A stretch of 64,000 bases of DNA from positions 124,001 through 188,000 of the forward strand of contig NW_005434604.1 of NCBI RefSeq assembly GCF_000315625.1, written 5' to 3'. Shown one piece after another: positions 63,909 through 64,000 of the stretch. Source of the DNA: Guillardia theta CCMP2712 (Eukaryota; Protista; Cryptophyta). Made by a program: the position numbers and the translations under genes. The notes under the pieces were generated by a model. It did not search any database. It saw only the letters and a program-made list of their open reading frames with translations, and was not told the DNA's origin. Each line of letters starts with the position of its first letter. Positions within the stretch are counted from its first letter, which is position 1.

Positions 63909-64000
63909 TCCCGCCGCACCGGCCGGCGGCGGCATCCGATTGTCGAGCCCGACCGGCGACTTTCTTTACTCAAAGCGACTAGTAGCCGAGGCTTTCCAGC
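63909..64000. promoter_or_regulatory. Start of another GC-rich island with TTTACTCAAAG (63965-63975)
   Basis: CCGG-rich sequence plus the shared 11-mer. Confidence 0.4.

Overview
Eukaryotic nuclear DNA with many short (~43-65 nt) introns and several proteins carrying a bipartite signal peptide plus Phe transit peptide. This pattern points to an alga with a secondary red plastid, most likely a cryptophyte such as Guillardia (inference). The window opens with a ~1.7 kb tandem repeat (about 2.5 copies) that carries small ORFs. Next comes an intronless 1062-aa zinc-finger/NYN-RNase/RING/UBA protein. About 18 spliced genes follow, mostly as head-to-head pairs: thylakoid-lumen protein, plastid DEAD-box helicase, PDZ-ankyrin protein, trypsin-like protease, FIST protein, TPR protein, prominin-like 5-TM protein, SDR, FAAH-type amidase, SMYD methyltransferase, a hypothetical protein, ASH2L, LRR protein, LSMT-like SET protein, ankyrin protein, MAP2K, class III ADH and a coiled-coil membrane protein. 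The most striking item is not visible in the ORF track: a 7-exon, nucleus-encoded, plastid-targeted allophycocyanin-like (AplA-type) phycobiliprotein at 57235-58289 (-) that keeps its bilin-binding Cys. Other notable signals are recurring GC-rich intergenic islands sharing a TTTACTCAAAG...GTACGAGGACAA element, a GGGTAGGG motif in divergent promoters, and frequent GC-AG introns. Gene boundaries were assembled by eye and are approximate. No rRNA, tRNA, CRISPR array or transposase was recognised.
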